Shown: positions 1 through 13,996 of the stretch, piece by piece
How positions within the stretch are numbered: the stretch's first letter is position 1
Layout: each line of letters begins with the position of its first letter
NCBI RefSeq assembly: GCF_009914755.1
Contig: NC_060942.1
Length of the DNA: 64,000 nt
From: the human T2T-CHM13v2.0 reference genome, Homo sapiens
Strand: one strand, 5' to 3'
The notes under the pieces: model-generated
The model's database searches: none
What the model was told of the DNA's origin: nothing
Seen by the model: the letters and a program-made list of their open reading frames with translations, nothing else
Position numbers and translations under genes: made by a program

Positions 1-1930
1 TTGCTGCAAACTTTATTCCCCTGCACAGCTAGCTCGGTGCCTGTTTCTTTGCTGTATTTGCCTTCAGCCCACTGATTTTACTACAAAGCCATGTAAAGCC
101 ACAGCTAAGTGACAGCAGGCCCGCATACATTTGCTGCCTAGAGACAGTGTTTTAGAGTTGAATTGGTGAGTCTTTTCTAGATTGTGTTCCACAAATCCAG
201 GGAATGTTAGGAGGCATTAATTGACCAAATGGAAAGAAGCACTGGGTTAAACAAAGTAGAACTGCTTCGTTCTGCAGGCCATTTCGGAGGCTAGGAGTGT
301 TTTTGAATCTCCGGGAAGGACACATGGTGAGTGTGGGTGCCCAGCTGGAGCCAGAATTTGGGCTTTGCTGAGTATTTCTTGAGTCTAGTGTTCCCTGAAG
401 TACACTTGGGAATACTGATATGTGCCAGTTGAAAAATAGAACATACTTTGACTCCATAAATTCCTTGGCTATGGCCCTTATTCCAAGTGCAAGACAATTG
501 AATTGCTTCATGCCTCTAGAGGATGTGGGGAATTTGCTGTGGCAGTGAAATATCACTCTCTCTCAAGCAGGAAAGCTAGTCTAGTAGGTGCCGCAATACT
601 CTGCATTTTGTGCTTAAAAAAGACAATATGTCTCAAGAAGCCACTGGGGACACAGTAGGTTGTCAGTTTAATATTGACTTAGAACTGTATTTAGGAAGTA
701 GAACAATTTGCGTGATTGTTTTCACCCTCAAAGATCTTATTTTTGATTATTTTTTAAAACTTGCCACATCTCTAAATTTCATTCTTAACTTGTACTTCTT
801 ATGTGATGATAAAGGATAAGTACTTCTATTGTTTACCATCTTAATCTCTGCATGGTCTGCCGCTATATGCATATCAACCCTGTTCTTTATGACTTCTAAG
901 CCATGTTTTTGTCCTCTACCTTAATTTCTGTGCACGGCCTCTTGAATGAGTATATGACCTATGATTATATCATACTTTTCTCTAAAGGGAAGGAGGAAAC
1001 AAAGAGAAAAGTGAGGAAGGTTGTGTTATTGGTAGGAAAAACAGGTGAAGACATTTAAAAATAACATTGCAAGCACTAATAATTAGCTCCATTGCAAATT
1101 TTGCTGTCTTTTGAGTGCCTTTAGCTTTCTCAAAGTAGATTTTTATTTTATTTTCTGATAACATGTCAATACAAACACAAATGCTTGAATATTTTGCTCC
1201 TGATTCTTAATGTGACATGTTTTGTGGTTTTGCCTGGACTCTTTAATATTAAAGAAACTTTACTGTATATGTTTTATTTTTATGTAACTCATTTGACACA
1301 AACAAGATAAAGTTTTTGTAAATGGGTGTGACCCACCTTTGCATTTTATTTAAATCAAAACCAGAAGGATAGACTAGGTAATGTGTGGGAGAACCAACGT
1401 TTAATCCCCTTTGTTCTAGGGAACTGACTAATGACTTCCACCAGCACATTTTCCTTGGTGAGTATCTGTGTTGGTAAGCAAATCCCTTTCTTTGCTTACA
1501 CATAGCAAGGAAAAGTGGCAGCATGGAAAGCTAATTTTGCTCTTCACTGAAGCGGGGAGGATCAGGGAGGCTGTGGTGTTAAACTGCTTCTGCATTTCTC
1601 CTGTTTGGCAGACATCTGAAGGATAGCCTGATGTCAAACCTCTCAGAGGCCAGCATCCAGGATGGATTTTCATGAGCAAATGAGAGCAATAGTCAGTTTA
1701 AACAACTGGTTTAACCAGTTGTTTCCTCTCTGAAAGCAAATGGCTTTTCCCACAGTCTCCAAAGGCTATAGGGATACAACATCTTGTCTCCTGAAATGCT
1801 ATTAGTTGAGATTGAATGAATATTGATTCTCTCTATTCTACATTTTCTTACATCCCAGGGCTGCAAATATCTGGGCGTTATCAGCAAAACAGTGAAATGG
1901 AGACTCAGAGTGAACCACATCACATGAATA

Positions 1931-2566
1931 GAGTTGATTCTCGATTATTTGCAGCAGTTATGTTCTGTAAAATTACAGAGAACACTGAATTAGTGAATAC
2001 TGAACTACTTCTATAGGAAATATGGGGTTAGGTTCCTGTGAGCCTTTGGTCACAATGTTTTTGTAATGTTTTTGTCTACTGATCAATACCGGATGCCGTA
2101 TGTAATTTATGTTGTTGATTCATTAACTTTGAACCTATGGCAAAGGCCAGTACCACTGTAACTCATGCTGACTGGAGCGCTTCTAACATGTGTATTTTTT
2201 CCTTAAGGCTCATCTTAGCGTCCTTGCACTCTCAGGAGCACTAGACAGCCCTGAAGCACTATATTTGGGTTCATTTTAAAAAGCAACGTTACCAAAAAGA
2301 AGCACAAAAATGGAAAAGCATGGCACTAACTAGACCACGATAAGGATACTCTTTTATAGTATCAGAGCTGAAACAAGGCGACAGAACATTGCCCTGCCTG
2401 ACTTCAGCTAGGAACATGTGTGTTGAGCAACTCACATTTTTTGCTGCTCTGTGCATGTCCGCAGATACCATGAAAGCTTTGCAAGTATTGATTTTTGGGG
2501 GTTACAAATAAATTTTAGGGAGTAGCAAATTCACAAATATGAGCCTTGAATAATGAGGATTGACTG
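1931..2566 (+). mobile_element. MER82-like Tigger (Tc1/mariner) non-autonomous DNA transposon
   Basis: Degenerate TIRs gagttgattctcgattatt ... aataatgaggattgactg flanked by TA dinucleotides; internal sequence matches recalled MER82 consensus. Confidence 0.8.
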
Positions 2567-3204
2567 TATTTTCTGTCAAGCCAAGTCAAAAAAACTAAGT
2601 TCTGTGTTGTGACAAAATTATTTCATAATAAGATAAGGTGACTCTGTGATTCTGTCAGACCCACAACTTTTAAAATAATCACAATTTAGATTGGGCTAAA
2701 GGGCAAAAACATTTTTCCTAAAAATGTTTGTTTCAGTAAAAACAACAAACAAAAACCATTTAGTCCAAATTTAGCTAACACCAAAGAAGATGGTATAAAA
2801 TGAGATCTTAGGGTAGGTTTTAATATTAAAGTGTTACTAATTCTCAGTAGTTTACAGTGTCTTTATAGAAGATTTTTGACTTCTAAATGAGTTAGGTTTT
2901 ATTTTATTTTATTTTTAATTTTTCTGATATTTTGAGGCCTATGAAGTAATTAATTTTTCTGGCTTTGTTTTGGTATATTGCAAATATGTATTTTAAAAAT
3001 TTGATAATGATATTACAAACTTAAGTGGGTATTTAGAAAACCACACATGTGATATAATTGAAAACAAGTCAAGCCAGGGACAGGGTCTTCTTCTCATTGC
3101 TAGAATGTGAGGCTCCCCCATGGAGCGCAGGCATATTGTATTTGGCTGTGATAAAGTATTGCTTTTGACATGTGCTTTCTTGTTAATCAGAGTATTGATG
3201 GTGC

Positions 3205-3551
3205 ATTGGTGAGCCAAGCAGGAAAGTTTTCTCTAAAAACAGGAGGCTAGATAGTAAATATTTCAGGCTTTACAGTCCAAACGCTGTCTGTGGCAGCTAC
3301 TCAACTCTGCTGCTGTTGTATGAAAGCAGCCATAGCCAAGATGTAAATGAATAAACGTGGCTTTGTTCCAATAAAACTTTATTCATGGACATTGAAATCT
3401 GAATTTCATATAATTCTCTTGTATCACAAAATATTCTTCTTTCTGTTTTCTCCCACCAGTGAAAACTATAAAAACCATCTTTAGCTTGTGAGCGATATAA
3501 AAACAGGTGGTGGGACAGATTTGGCCGTGGGCTGTAGTTTGCCAACTCTTG
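3205..3551 (+). mobile_element. MER58B (hAT-Charlie MITE)
   Basis: gatagtaaatatttcaggcttt...gcagctactcaactctgc...ccaataaaactttatt...gctgtagtttgccaactcttg. Confidence 0.8.
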
Positions 3552-3729
3552 TATTAAACTTGATGCTGTCAAAACTATGCCGTATCAGTCTTCCCAATTG
3601 CTATATTTCTTATAAATCTGGATGTAAAAATTTTAGAACCTGTGTATCTATACATTAAAAGGTGTGTGTGTGTGTGTGTATATATATGTATGTAAAGGTA
3701 TTCTATATACATATAGTGTCTCATACTTG

Positions 3730-3960
3730 CTAGTTAGGCAGTTTGGCAACATGAAAAGAGTCCAGACTTGGAAGCAAAATAGATCTAGGATTAGACCCAA
3801 ATCTGTAACTACTTGTGTGAACTCAGAAAAATTACTTAACCTTTCTAAGTCATCTTATCCCTGAAAGGGAGCTAATATGACCTACCTCACATAATTGATG
3901 GGGGAAAATTAGATAATATATGCAAAGGATACCTGGGACATGGAAGTATACAAATAAATA
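3730..3960 (+). mobile_element. MIR fragment
   Basis: acttgtgtgaactcagaaaaattacttaacctttctaagtc resembles the MIR core. Confidence 0.55.
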
Positions 3961-4457
3961 GTTTTTTTTGAATTACTAAATTATTCTTTTTGAAGAAAAA
4001 CTTGGTACATGGCTCCATAAGAAATTCAAACCTTCTAATATAGAATATTTTCAATATATTTTGTTCCGTTTCATAAAAATGAACATGGCACATCCCCAGA
4101 TCAATTTCTTACACGTTTCTTTTTTCCTTTTCCAATGGTACTGTTGGTATTCTCATGTTACTCTTTCCTCTGACCTCAATCTTTTTCGACCCGGATGCTG
4201 GCATTTTCAAACATTCCTATGATTCCCACTGGGTTCTGCACACACTTGGTATACTTCACTAGAGCAATACCTGTACTTTTCATTAGAGTAGTTCCTTATT
4301 TGACAAAAAGAGAAAAAAGATTATTTTTGCTTTTGAAGCCTTATAAGGGCACTGGCTAGAGAGGTGTACATAATGGAAAATTTGCCAGATAGCCAGAGTT
4401 CACAACAGTGGAACCTTGAACAGAATTCCAAAATCTGTTTATAAGAAACTTGTTTAA

Positions 4458-4780
<323 letters not shown>

Positions 4781-7249
4781 TGAGCTGCATGTTTTAATCC
4801 TCTTGTTTGTTAGAAAAAAAACAAAGGGAAATCTCTCAATGGTTGGGTGTTTAAAATAGGTAATCTCAGACTACTGTATGGCATCTAAATTCAGATAACT
4901 TCATTTAGTCGTATTTATTTCACAATAGGAAACTCTCCAGTACAGCTCATACCTACTTTATAATTGTGGTATGTATTGAAACAGTTGCATACTAAGTTGT
5001 AAACTTGATGAAGCAGCTAATAAAACTTGTACTCAAGTCCCTTAACAAGTTTCTAAGAAAGAACTAGAAAATGGTTTTAATAAACATAGAAGTTGTTGCT
5101 TCAAACTTGTGACACAAATGTATGACATAAGAAACTTTTGTTTATATATTATGTATTAATTTTGTATGTATGTATGGGTAGGCATGCACACATAAACGTA
5201 TCAACAAAGATTGCTTTTCTCCTATCTTGACTCTGCAATTAGCTTTAAGTCAGTGTTGGAACCTGCCAAGTTTGAGAAGTTTACTTTTTAAAGTTTCTAA
5301 TTAAACTCAGAGGGGGCAGGAAACATATTTGTAATCAGCTGCTGTCCTTCTTTGCCTCTTGATATTCTAGTTGGAAGACTGAGGGGAGCAAATAAAATTG
5401 CAGATAGAAGCTTGTCTCTAATTCTTTTTTGTGGCCTTGCTGACAAGTCATCTTGCTGGGAAATATGGGGCGAATTGGCTTGTTTCTGAGACTCTCTTTG
5501 CCTCTAGTCCACAGGGATGAAGGCAGATAGTTGCTGGGAAATCCATGAGTTGATACTAGCAGGCTGAAGCTCTGTGCTGGGGGTTGTGTGGCTGTGGCAC
5601 AGGTTCCCTGGCTTGTTTGGAGGGGAGGAGTCATGGTTCTGCGTCAGGAAAGGATCCCATTGCTATGAGCTGTGTTTATTGAATCTGTCATTTGGCCATT
5701 GCTATCTTGTTCTATTCTTTCATCATTCATGTTTCTTGTTTTTTCCCTAACTAAAGCTTACTTTTTATAAAACTGTCTGCATTGCTTAGATCTTCCAAAG
5801 CATGCGGTAGATATTTTATAAATATTTGGACTAAAAGGCTCAGAATTTCTTAGCGTAAAACTTCTGAGTCATCCATTCTGTGACGCGATGGATGAAAAAA
5901 CAGATCTAGAGAAGTCTAGATGGCTCTTCCAGGTCTCAGATCTTCTCTGCCTTTTTTTTTTTTTTTTTTTGTACTCTCCTTTGCTTTGGTAAGGGTATGA
6001 CCCTGTATAGCTTTAAACAAAACATTATGGATTAAATTTACACATACAGATCAACTTAAAAGTAGATTCACACGAGCACGTCTCACATGTACACTATGTT
6101 CTAAAAGGTAATGCATTCTCTTCAAAGAATAAGGATAATTCCATTTTTAGTAGAAGCTTCAGACATTGTAGTTGATAAAGCAAAATAAAATTTCAATATG
6201 AAAGATAGTTTTGATGAGGAAAGATTTCTTCAGCTGTTCTATCCATGATATATTCCAAGTGCTTATCACAGTGCCTGGCAGAGAGGTGGCACTCAGTAGA
6301 GCCTTGAGTTCATTGAATGAATGAATGCATGGATGAATAAGAGAGAAGAAGGAAGAGAGGATGGCAGGTGGGATGAAGGAAGGTCTGATGAACATTTCTG
6401 CGTTTGGTTTTCAAAACACATTTTTCTAACCACAGCACCCATGCTCTTGGGTAGCTGGTAGTGGTAGCATCAGCAGCCACCCCTCAGCTGTCCCTGCAGT
6501 AGCCATTGTATCAGAGCAGCTTGCAGGTTCCTGCAGTGCCAACTGTAGCTGTTTCCTGGGAGGCAGGATGTGACTGTTATTGAGGGGACCTGTTTTGAGG
6601 GCCTCAGGAATGCTTTTTCCTTTACTTGCTCTCAATATTCATTTTCCTTTTGTACTCTCAGTTGTCTTCTTATAGACTTTAGTAGTAGACAGATAAATTA
6701 GCAGGGTCCCATTGCAGGAATATCCGTGCATATCTTCCTTTCTCTTGTATTGTCAGTGGAAACTATTTATTAAACTTACGAACAGGATGAAGTTTTATTT
6801 CATTTCTGGTTTTCTGTTGTGCCTTTCCTCTCCGCTGTGTTATATGTTATTGTAATAGTGTTGTGGCACAGTGTCATCTAGTCTAGCAAGAGTTTCTGGG
6901 ATGTCTTCTGTCCCTGTACTCTTGAGCTTTTCCACTCTGGGCTCTGCTGATTGCTTTCTCCAGTTTCACATCCATCCCATACACAAAATAATGCAGGCCT
7001 AGGATCAAAGTTTTTGTTTGAGCAATGTGTAGAAGTGAAAACATCATATTTGGAATCAGAAAAATTGAGTTTAAAGATTGCATCTACGATAGACTCGTTG
7101 CATTTATGGACAATTACTTTGTATCTAAAGATTTCATTTTTTTTGAAACATGAAATTCTTGATTTTTCGTATGAACTAATGAGATAATGGAATGATATCT
7201 TCCTAGTGTGTGTAACATATCTGCTTACTAAATGTTAACTTATAATTAC

Positions 7250-7925
7250 TTTTATAAATTGAAATTTTTATGGAAATCATTGTAGAGTCACATGCAGTAG
7301 TAAGAAAAAAGATATTCTTGAGTACATGTTATGCCATTTCCCAGAATGCTAACATTTTACAACACTGTAGTACAATTGCCTTCTGTACAATTGTACAAAT
7401 ATGTACAATTTGTTGTGTACAACTTTGTTACCTGAATAGGCTTGTGTATCTCCCACCACAGTGACGATGCTAAACAATTCCACCAACACAAGGAGTGGTG
7501 GTGATGTCCTTTTGTAAGCAAACCCATCTCCCTCCTGTCTCATCTTCCTCCATTCCTACCCCTGGCAACCACTAATTTGTCCTCCATTTCTAGAATCTTA
7601 ACATTACAAAATGTTACATAAATGGAATCATAGAGTACATGATCTTCGGGGAGTGGTGTTTTTCACTCACCATAGCTATCGGGAAGTTCACCCAAGTTGT
7701 TAGGTACATCATTAATTTGCTCCTTTTTATTGCTGAGTAGTATTTAATACAGTGGATGGACCACAGTGTATTATTTACAAGTTGAAGGACATCTGGGCTG
7801 TTTCTGTTGTTTGGCTATTATGTATAAAGCTTCTGTAAATATGATGTGCACAGATTTTTATATGAATGAAAGTTTACATTTCTGTGGGATGAATCTCCAA
7901 GAGTGCAATGGTTAGGTTGTATTTT
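7250..7925 (-). mobile_element. Old L1 (L1MC-like) 3' fragment
   Basis: ttcacatgcagt-like start; cctggcaaccactaatttg; ataaatggaatcata; ttttattgctgagtagtatt. Confidence 0.75.
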
Positions 7926-8046
7926 AAGACTTACCATCATGAGTCATGGTTCCCCGGTGAGATAGTTTCATTCTGTGTGTAAATGGAGGTCAAAATAACA
8001 TTCATGTGGATCTTTTAAATGATAGCCTGACAACTGACACTTTTAG

Positions 8047-8460
<414 letters not shown>

Positions 8461-9623
8461 TAAAAAACTCCGCCATTCTTAGAACCTCCAGGCATGTAGG
8501 CCTTTTCCTCTTCTCTTGCTTCTCCAATTATCAAGGAAGAGCTAACGCCCTCTTGATTTTGCCACTGTGGACATTTTTATATTATTTTCCTCTTGATTCA
8601 TAGCTTTATTGTCTGATTTTCAGTTAGCATATTCTCTTCACTGCATTATTAATAGGCTATCTTTCCTGGTGTCTCTGTCCTGAAGTGGAGTCTTCTGCAG
8701 CCTGGCCACAGCTGACCTTTGTGGCGGTAGGTCCCAATTCTCCCCTTGAAGGCCATGGTCATGACCACCTCAGGGCCTTCACATGTGCCCAGGACTGAGC
8801 CTGGTCCTCTTCACACTGTTAGCTCCTTCTCATCCTGTAGCTATTGGCACAGATTTCACCTCCTCATGGGAGGTCCTCCATGTGTATATTCTTATAGTAC
8901 ACTGCACTCTTCTTTCATTACACTTACTGTATTTTTTTTCACTTGTGTAAATCTTACTACCCCACATGGTCCAGTGTGGTCAGAGAGTTACTTTCAGAAC
9001 CTTCAGAAAAGGTTTAGATCACCTAAAGCAATCTGAATCTTAACGTTGTCTCTTGAGGGAAAACAACCACAATCCAAATGTGTGTATGGCAGTGGGTTTA
9101 ACATACAGTGCAACCTTAAAAGTCTTCTTTAGACTTTGTTTCATGTTCAGGATCTCTCACAAGCTCAACCCTGGCTTTGGGTGGGGAATCCTTTCTATCT
9201 GCTGAAACTGTTGGAGAGGTAACCCCAAAGCCTCTTCTATCTTGGTGTCCCCATCTTCCACCCAAGCAGCTTACCCACCAACAAGTTGCCGTCTGTGCCA
9301 ACTCACTATCCTGTGAGCTTCCTTGCTTTTCCTACAGTGTATGTGTCATCCCCCGCAACCCCATGAAGTATCCTTTCACTATGGGTTTTCTAAGTTGGGG
9401 TTCTGTCTAACGCATTCACTACCTATTGACCTCCCTGAAGACTGGGGTGGGGTCTTGCCTATCTTTGTAGTCTAGAACCTGGAACATTGACTAGCAGATG
9501 TTACGTACATGAATGAATGAATTGGTGAAAGAATAAACGAAATTATGTGTCTTATATATAGGAGATACTTGGTAAAAGTAAGACAAAATGAATAAATAAT
9601 GTAAATCTTTCTTAATTTTCCAG

Positions 9624-9702
9624 GTGATTTTTGAAGTGATAACTTCTGGACATCAAGGCTATCTCGCTATCGATGAGGTGAAGGTGTTAGGACATCCATG
9701 TA
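9624..9702 (+). CDS. PTPRM: PTPRM coding exon (probably exon 4), C-terminal part of MAM domain: VIFEVITSGHQGYLAIDEVKVLGHPC
   Basis: Acceptor ttttccag at 9616-9623, donor A|gtaagt; 79 bp, phase 0 to 1; G-Y-L-A-I-D-E-V...PC is a typical MAM C-terminus; joins in frame to the next exon (A+CC=Thr). Not present in the ORF track. Confidence 0.96.
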
Positions 9703-10929
9703 GTAAGTTGTCTTTATTTGTAAATATTCGGGTACATCATTGGGGGCATGTTTACATTATGAATGAAGAGAAGGGATGAAAACCTGTGAAGAGGTCATCT
9801 TGCCAAGACAGTTCCCTGACAGGCCTGTATTGTTGGTTTGCCAGCCCAGAAATCCAAAAGCATGTACTTTGTGTAAATGCCATGGTTTGTATAAGTCTTT
9901 TAAAATTTGGTTCAGGAATGGGGAATCAAGGAATTCTTTGGCATGCTCAGACATCTTTGCAAAGAACCTGTTTATTTGTTGCCGTGGTCTTTAGAATTCG
10001 CTTTTCAGTAGTAGCACAAAGTTAAATATTGAGAATCTGTGCGTTTTGTTTATAAGTCCAGTATGTTTTTGGCACAGTTCCTTAGTATTTATCACATGGT
10101 TTCAGGTGATATAGCTGCAAACAGGCCTGGGATCTGTCAAATAAAAGACACCTACCTAAACCACCTGGGGACCCCAGAAATGGCCTGCTCTTCATCTTTT
10201 AAAAATTAATACTTTAAAAAAGTACAATAGGTGATAAACATACAATTTTTAAAATTTCTACTATGAACAACTAACAGTTTGTCATATTTGTATGTGAACC
10301 TTTTTCCTTAAATAAAATAGTACAAATTGCTAGATCTGTTTCTCCCCAAACCCTGCCCCCCAGGGGCCACCACAGTGGTGAGCTGGTTGTTGCACCTGTT
10401 ATGGTTTCTAGTCTGCACACAGCAACAGACTGTAGCTGCTTGAAGCAGAAAAGGCATCCTGTTGATAGAGAATTGGAGGGCAGTGGTATTCCTGAGAACA
10501 CTAGTGGTCTAGACTCAGATGATGAGCAGGCCCCCAAAGTGAGGCTACGCAAGCAGCCACAGCAACCACTATGGCAGGGGAGCCAGCTGCGAGGACAAGG
10601 GGAGCTGGCGCTGTGTCTCTGTGCACCTTACCCTTGGAAGATGACCCTTGCCTAGACATTCTGCGCTGATTTGGGCCTTGGCATCTTTGGCCTTAGGTGC
10701 AAAGCCCTGAGGGGGATAGTCAGGGTGAGCGAGCTAGATCATGCACTCATTCATGCCTGGCAATTGGTGTCACTAGGAAAGTGAGTTGTTGGCTTTTCCC
10801 ACTCTGTCAAGGGAGCTGGGCCTCAACTTTTACTGAGAAACATATAGTGCTGAGCAACTGAACACCGCAAATATGTGTGTGTGTGTGTGTATGCGCATGT
10901 GTGTGCTCTTTCCCATAATCCCCAAGGGT

Positions 10930-11420
10930 TTATAAAAGCAAAAAAGTAAGGATTGCCTTTTATAAATGCTAATGAATGGTTTCCAGCCATACAAATTTCT
11001 CTGTATTCTTTTTTTTTTTTTAACTTAAGTGTTAGATATTTTAGGTCAATCCATGGTATTCTATCATATGGATTTACTACATTCTATTTTTCTAGTATTT
11101 TATGAACATTTAGTGTTTCCCACAGTTTTTCTCTATTAAATATTGCTGCAGTGAGCATTATGGATGTGCCTACTGGTGCAGTGTTGAGAGCCTCAGTGGA
11201 GTGTGTTCTTAGAGGCTGAATTGCTGGGATGTAGTGCAGAGACGTTCTTAGTTTTATTGGGTGCTGCCAAAATGCTATGAAGTGTCTGAACCAGTTTATA
11301 TTCCCACCAGCAGTGCATGGTAGCTTTATTTTCCCTGTATCTTTGTTCAAAATTGATATCACCAGACTTCAAATTTTTGGCCATCTGAGGGATGATAACC
11401 TGCTTTATTTTTAGGATCTC
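10930..11420 (-). mobile_element. Old L1 (L1ME-like) fragment
   Basis: gaattgctgggat...ccagtttatattcccaccagcagtgcatg; the minus-strand ORF reads LPCTAGGNINW (an L1 ORF2 C-terminal remnant). Confidence 0.7.
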
Positions 11421-11884
11421 TGGCATTAAAGAGAAACTGGCTAGTTCATATATTTCATGGGTCTTTCCTGATGACCCTATGCAAAATTATGAAAGAATGA
11501 TTATATCTACAATAATAAAAATGGAAATATTTGCAGGAGTGGCTCAGCTTTTTATTGCATGGATTTGAATAGACCACCAGGACCCTCTTTGTTAAGCTTT
11601 ATAGAGAAGACCTGTGTGGTTGTTACCTGATGAATGTATCATGACACAGGTGTTTTAATTCCATCTAAAGGGGTTTTGCTCTCTCTGATATCTTTATTTG
11701 GTGCTTTGAAGCTTGCCAAACATTGAAGTTAACATAAAGCAATCATTTGTTCATTACAAAGGCAGATGTTACTTTTGTGTCATGTTACATTTGTCTTTTC
11801 TTCTGTTGTCAGCAAAACTGGGGAGTTCAAGAAGATTCCCTGTCCCCTCCCATTTCATGAAAAGACAGGAAAACCATCAAGGCT

Positions 11885-12040
11885 GTACCTAATTGAAACA
11901 GCAGGGTAAATTTAGGAAGCAGAATGCAATTACCTGAGCTGGAACTCAGCCAAATCCTCAGAGTAATAGCCTCCAGCTAGAAAAGTGCCATGAGATCTTC
12001 TAATATGCACAAAGTTCATGGACTCTGATTCACTTCTTAC
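11885..12040 (-). mobile_element. AmnSINE1 (Deu-domain SINE) relic
   Basis: Reverse complement reads agatctcatggcacttttc...tggctgagttccagctcaggtaattgcattctgcttcctaaatttaccctgctgtttcaattaggtac, colinear with the recalled AmnSINE1 central-domain consensus. Confidence 0.7.
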
Positions 12041-13356
12041 TAGGAGGTTAAAAACATAAGAGCTGTAATTGCATGCCTACTAAGTGCTGAGCACTCTAAT
12101 GACATAGTCTGCCTCCCTGTTTCTTAGAGCAGAGCTCACGGCAAGGCAGATGTACTGGGTGCAGGTGTGGTGGCTGCAGTCAAGGTTGCACATGGCTTTC
12201 TATTACATATCCTGGGCTCCATCTTCCACATCTGGCCACTAGCCAGCATAATAGCTCCTGAAGTGTAGTGCCTTCTATTTTACTGGATTTTAGTCATTGT
12301 GTGCAGCAAAGACCTAAAGACTTCATGCTTATCAGTGCCTTCCTAAAACATGTCTCAAGCAATTTTGTTCTTCCCATAGGAGAGAGCTTTCTGTAGCCAT
12401 AGAAATGGTGTTTATCTTCTCTCCTTTGGAGAATACCTGTGCTAATACCTAATTGGCTTTGGGAACTGCTGTGAGGGCACAGAATTGCAAAACAGGCTCT
12501 GTACCAAGGTGATGTATGGTACAACAGCATTGTGAACTGGAAGCCTTAAATGGTTTTGATGATAGCTCTTCCTTAGCTTATTTTTTCCTGAATCTCTAAG
12601 TTAATGGGGGAAGCATGCAAATAAAGATTTTAAAGAAGGCAATAGTTTGTTCTTAAAATGAAAGCTTTACAGGTAATATTTTATGAGCTTTCTTATCAGG
12701 ATTTCATAATAATGAATTATTTTGAAATTTTGATGTTCATTAAATTTAAATCCTAAAGGAGCATTAATATTTTATATCTAAAACTATGCTTTCCAAATGG
12801 CTGCAAAATTGCTGAATCTCAACAACATTTTTTAATATTAGATATTCTGATACAAGTATATAGTTGCTCATAAAATTGACTTTAGTGACAATAAGATGCA
12901 AGATCAGCCTGAAATATGGAGATGACTTTGCAAAATCAGCAGCTCTCTAGCATATGACCACTTCTAATAAACAGATAATTTTTGCATTTGATATGCACAC
13001 TAAAAATATATTTGGAATTTGGTTCAATAATCCTGGTAAGAAAAGAAGCATTTTATTACAATAGCTTCCTAATGTTGCCTCCTGTTCTTAAATACATTAT
13101 GAGCTGTGCATATATGGGTATTTCTCTTATTACCTTCTGGTGCTGATAATGTATTTTTATGTCTTAAAAGCCGTATGTAATTTTAATAGATTTATTGACA
13201 TATCACTGACATAATTTATCCATGTTTAAAGTGTACAATTCAGTAGTTTTTAGTTTATTCACAGAGTATGTACCCGCAACCATAGTCAAATTTAAAATAT
13301 CTTCAACATCCCCCAAAAGACCCACTACCCATTAATAGTCATTCTTTATTTTCTCT

Positions 13357-13996
13357 TGTTACTGGTGGAGGGTGTCCAGGTTCTTGGTGTCTTGAACAAA
13401 GAATTGGACAAAACGCACAAACAAAGCAAGGAAAGAATGAAGCAACAAAAGCAGAGATTTATTGAAAATGAAAAATACACTCCACAGGGTGGGAGCTGCC
13501 CGAGCAAGTGGCTCAAGATCCCCATGACTGAATTTTCTGGGGTTTAAAATACCCTCTAGAGGTTTCCCATTGGTTACTTGGTGTACACCCTGTGTAAGTG
13601 AAGTAGTGGCCGATGGTCAGTCTGATTGGTCGTGGGAGGGGACCATTCAGAGGCTGAAGTGAAGATACAAAGTTACACCCTCTGCAAACATCTGATTGGT
13701 TGCAGAAAGTGACCAATCAGAGACTGAAGTGAAGTTACAAAGTTATACTCCTATAAAATGAAAACTTAGCCCAAGACCAGCCTGACTGGTTGCAGGAGGG
13801 GACCAGTCAGAGGTACTTTCAATTTTTCATCTGCCACCCAGAAAAAGTTGGGGGAGGCAGTGTGCAAAGGAAGTAGTCTCTGGTCCTTTTGTCACTTGGG
13901 TGTGGAAAGTTGGGATTTTCCTTTTGATTTAGTTCTAGGAAGTCAGCATGATTCGGCCTCAGGTTCCTTGCCTCTAGACCCTATTCTCCCGACTTA
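13357..13996 (-). mobile_element. MER51A-like ERV1 solo LTR
   Basis: TGTTA...cTTA (degenerate CA) ends; 4-bp TSD ctct at 13353-13356 and 13997-14000; repeated ctgattgg CCAAT boxes; end matches recalled MER51A start in reverse complement. Confidence 0.85.

Noticed and set aside
152-556. 134-aa minus-strand ORF (also the 152-aa ORF at 27705..28163)
   Set aside because: No domain signature, splice support or promoter context; the second overlaps MIR/L2-like sequence.
5869-5895. Hairpin tcatccat-N11-atggatga
   Set aside because: An 8-bp stem is expected by chance in 64 kb; no miRNA or snoRNA features.
10353-10369. CTCF-like motif (reverse complement tggcccctggggggcag)
   Set aside because: Two mismatches at informative core positions; cannot be supported without ChIP data.
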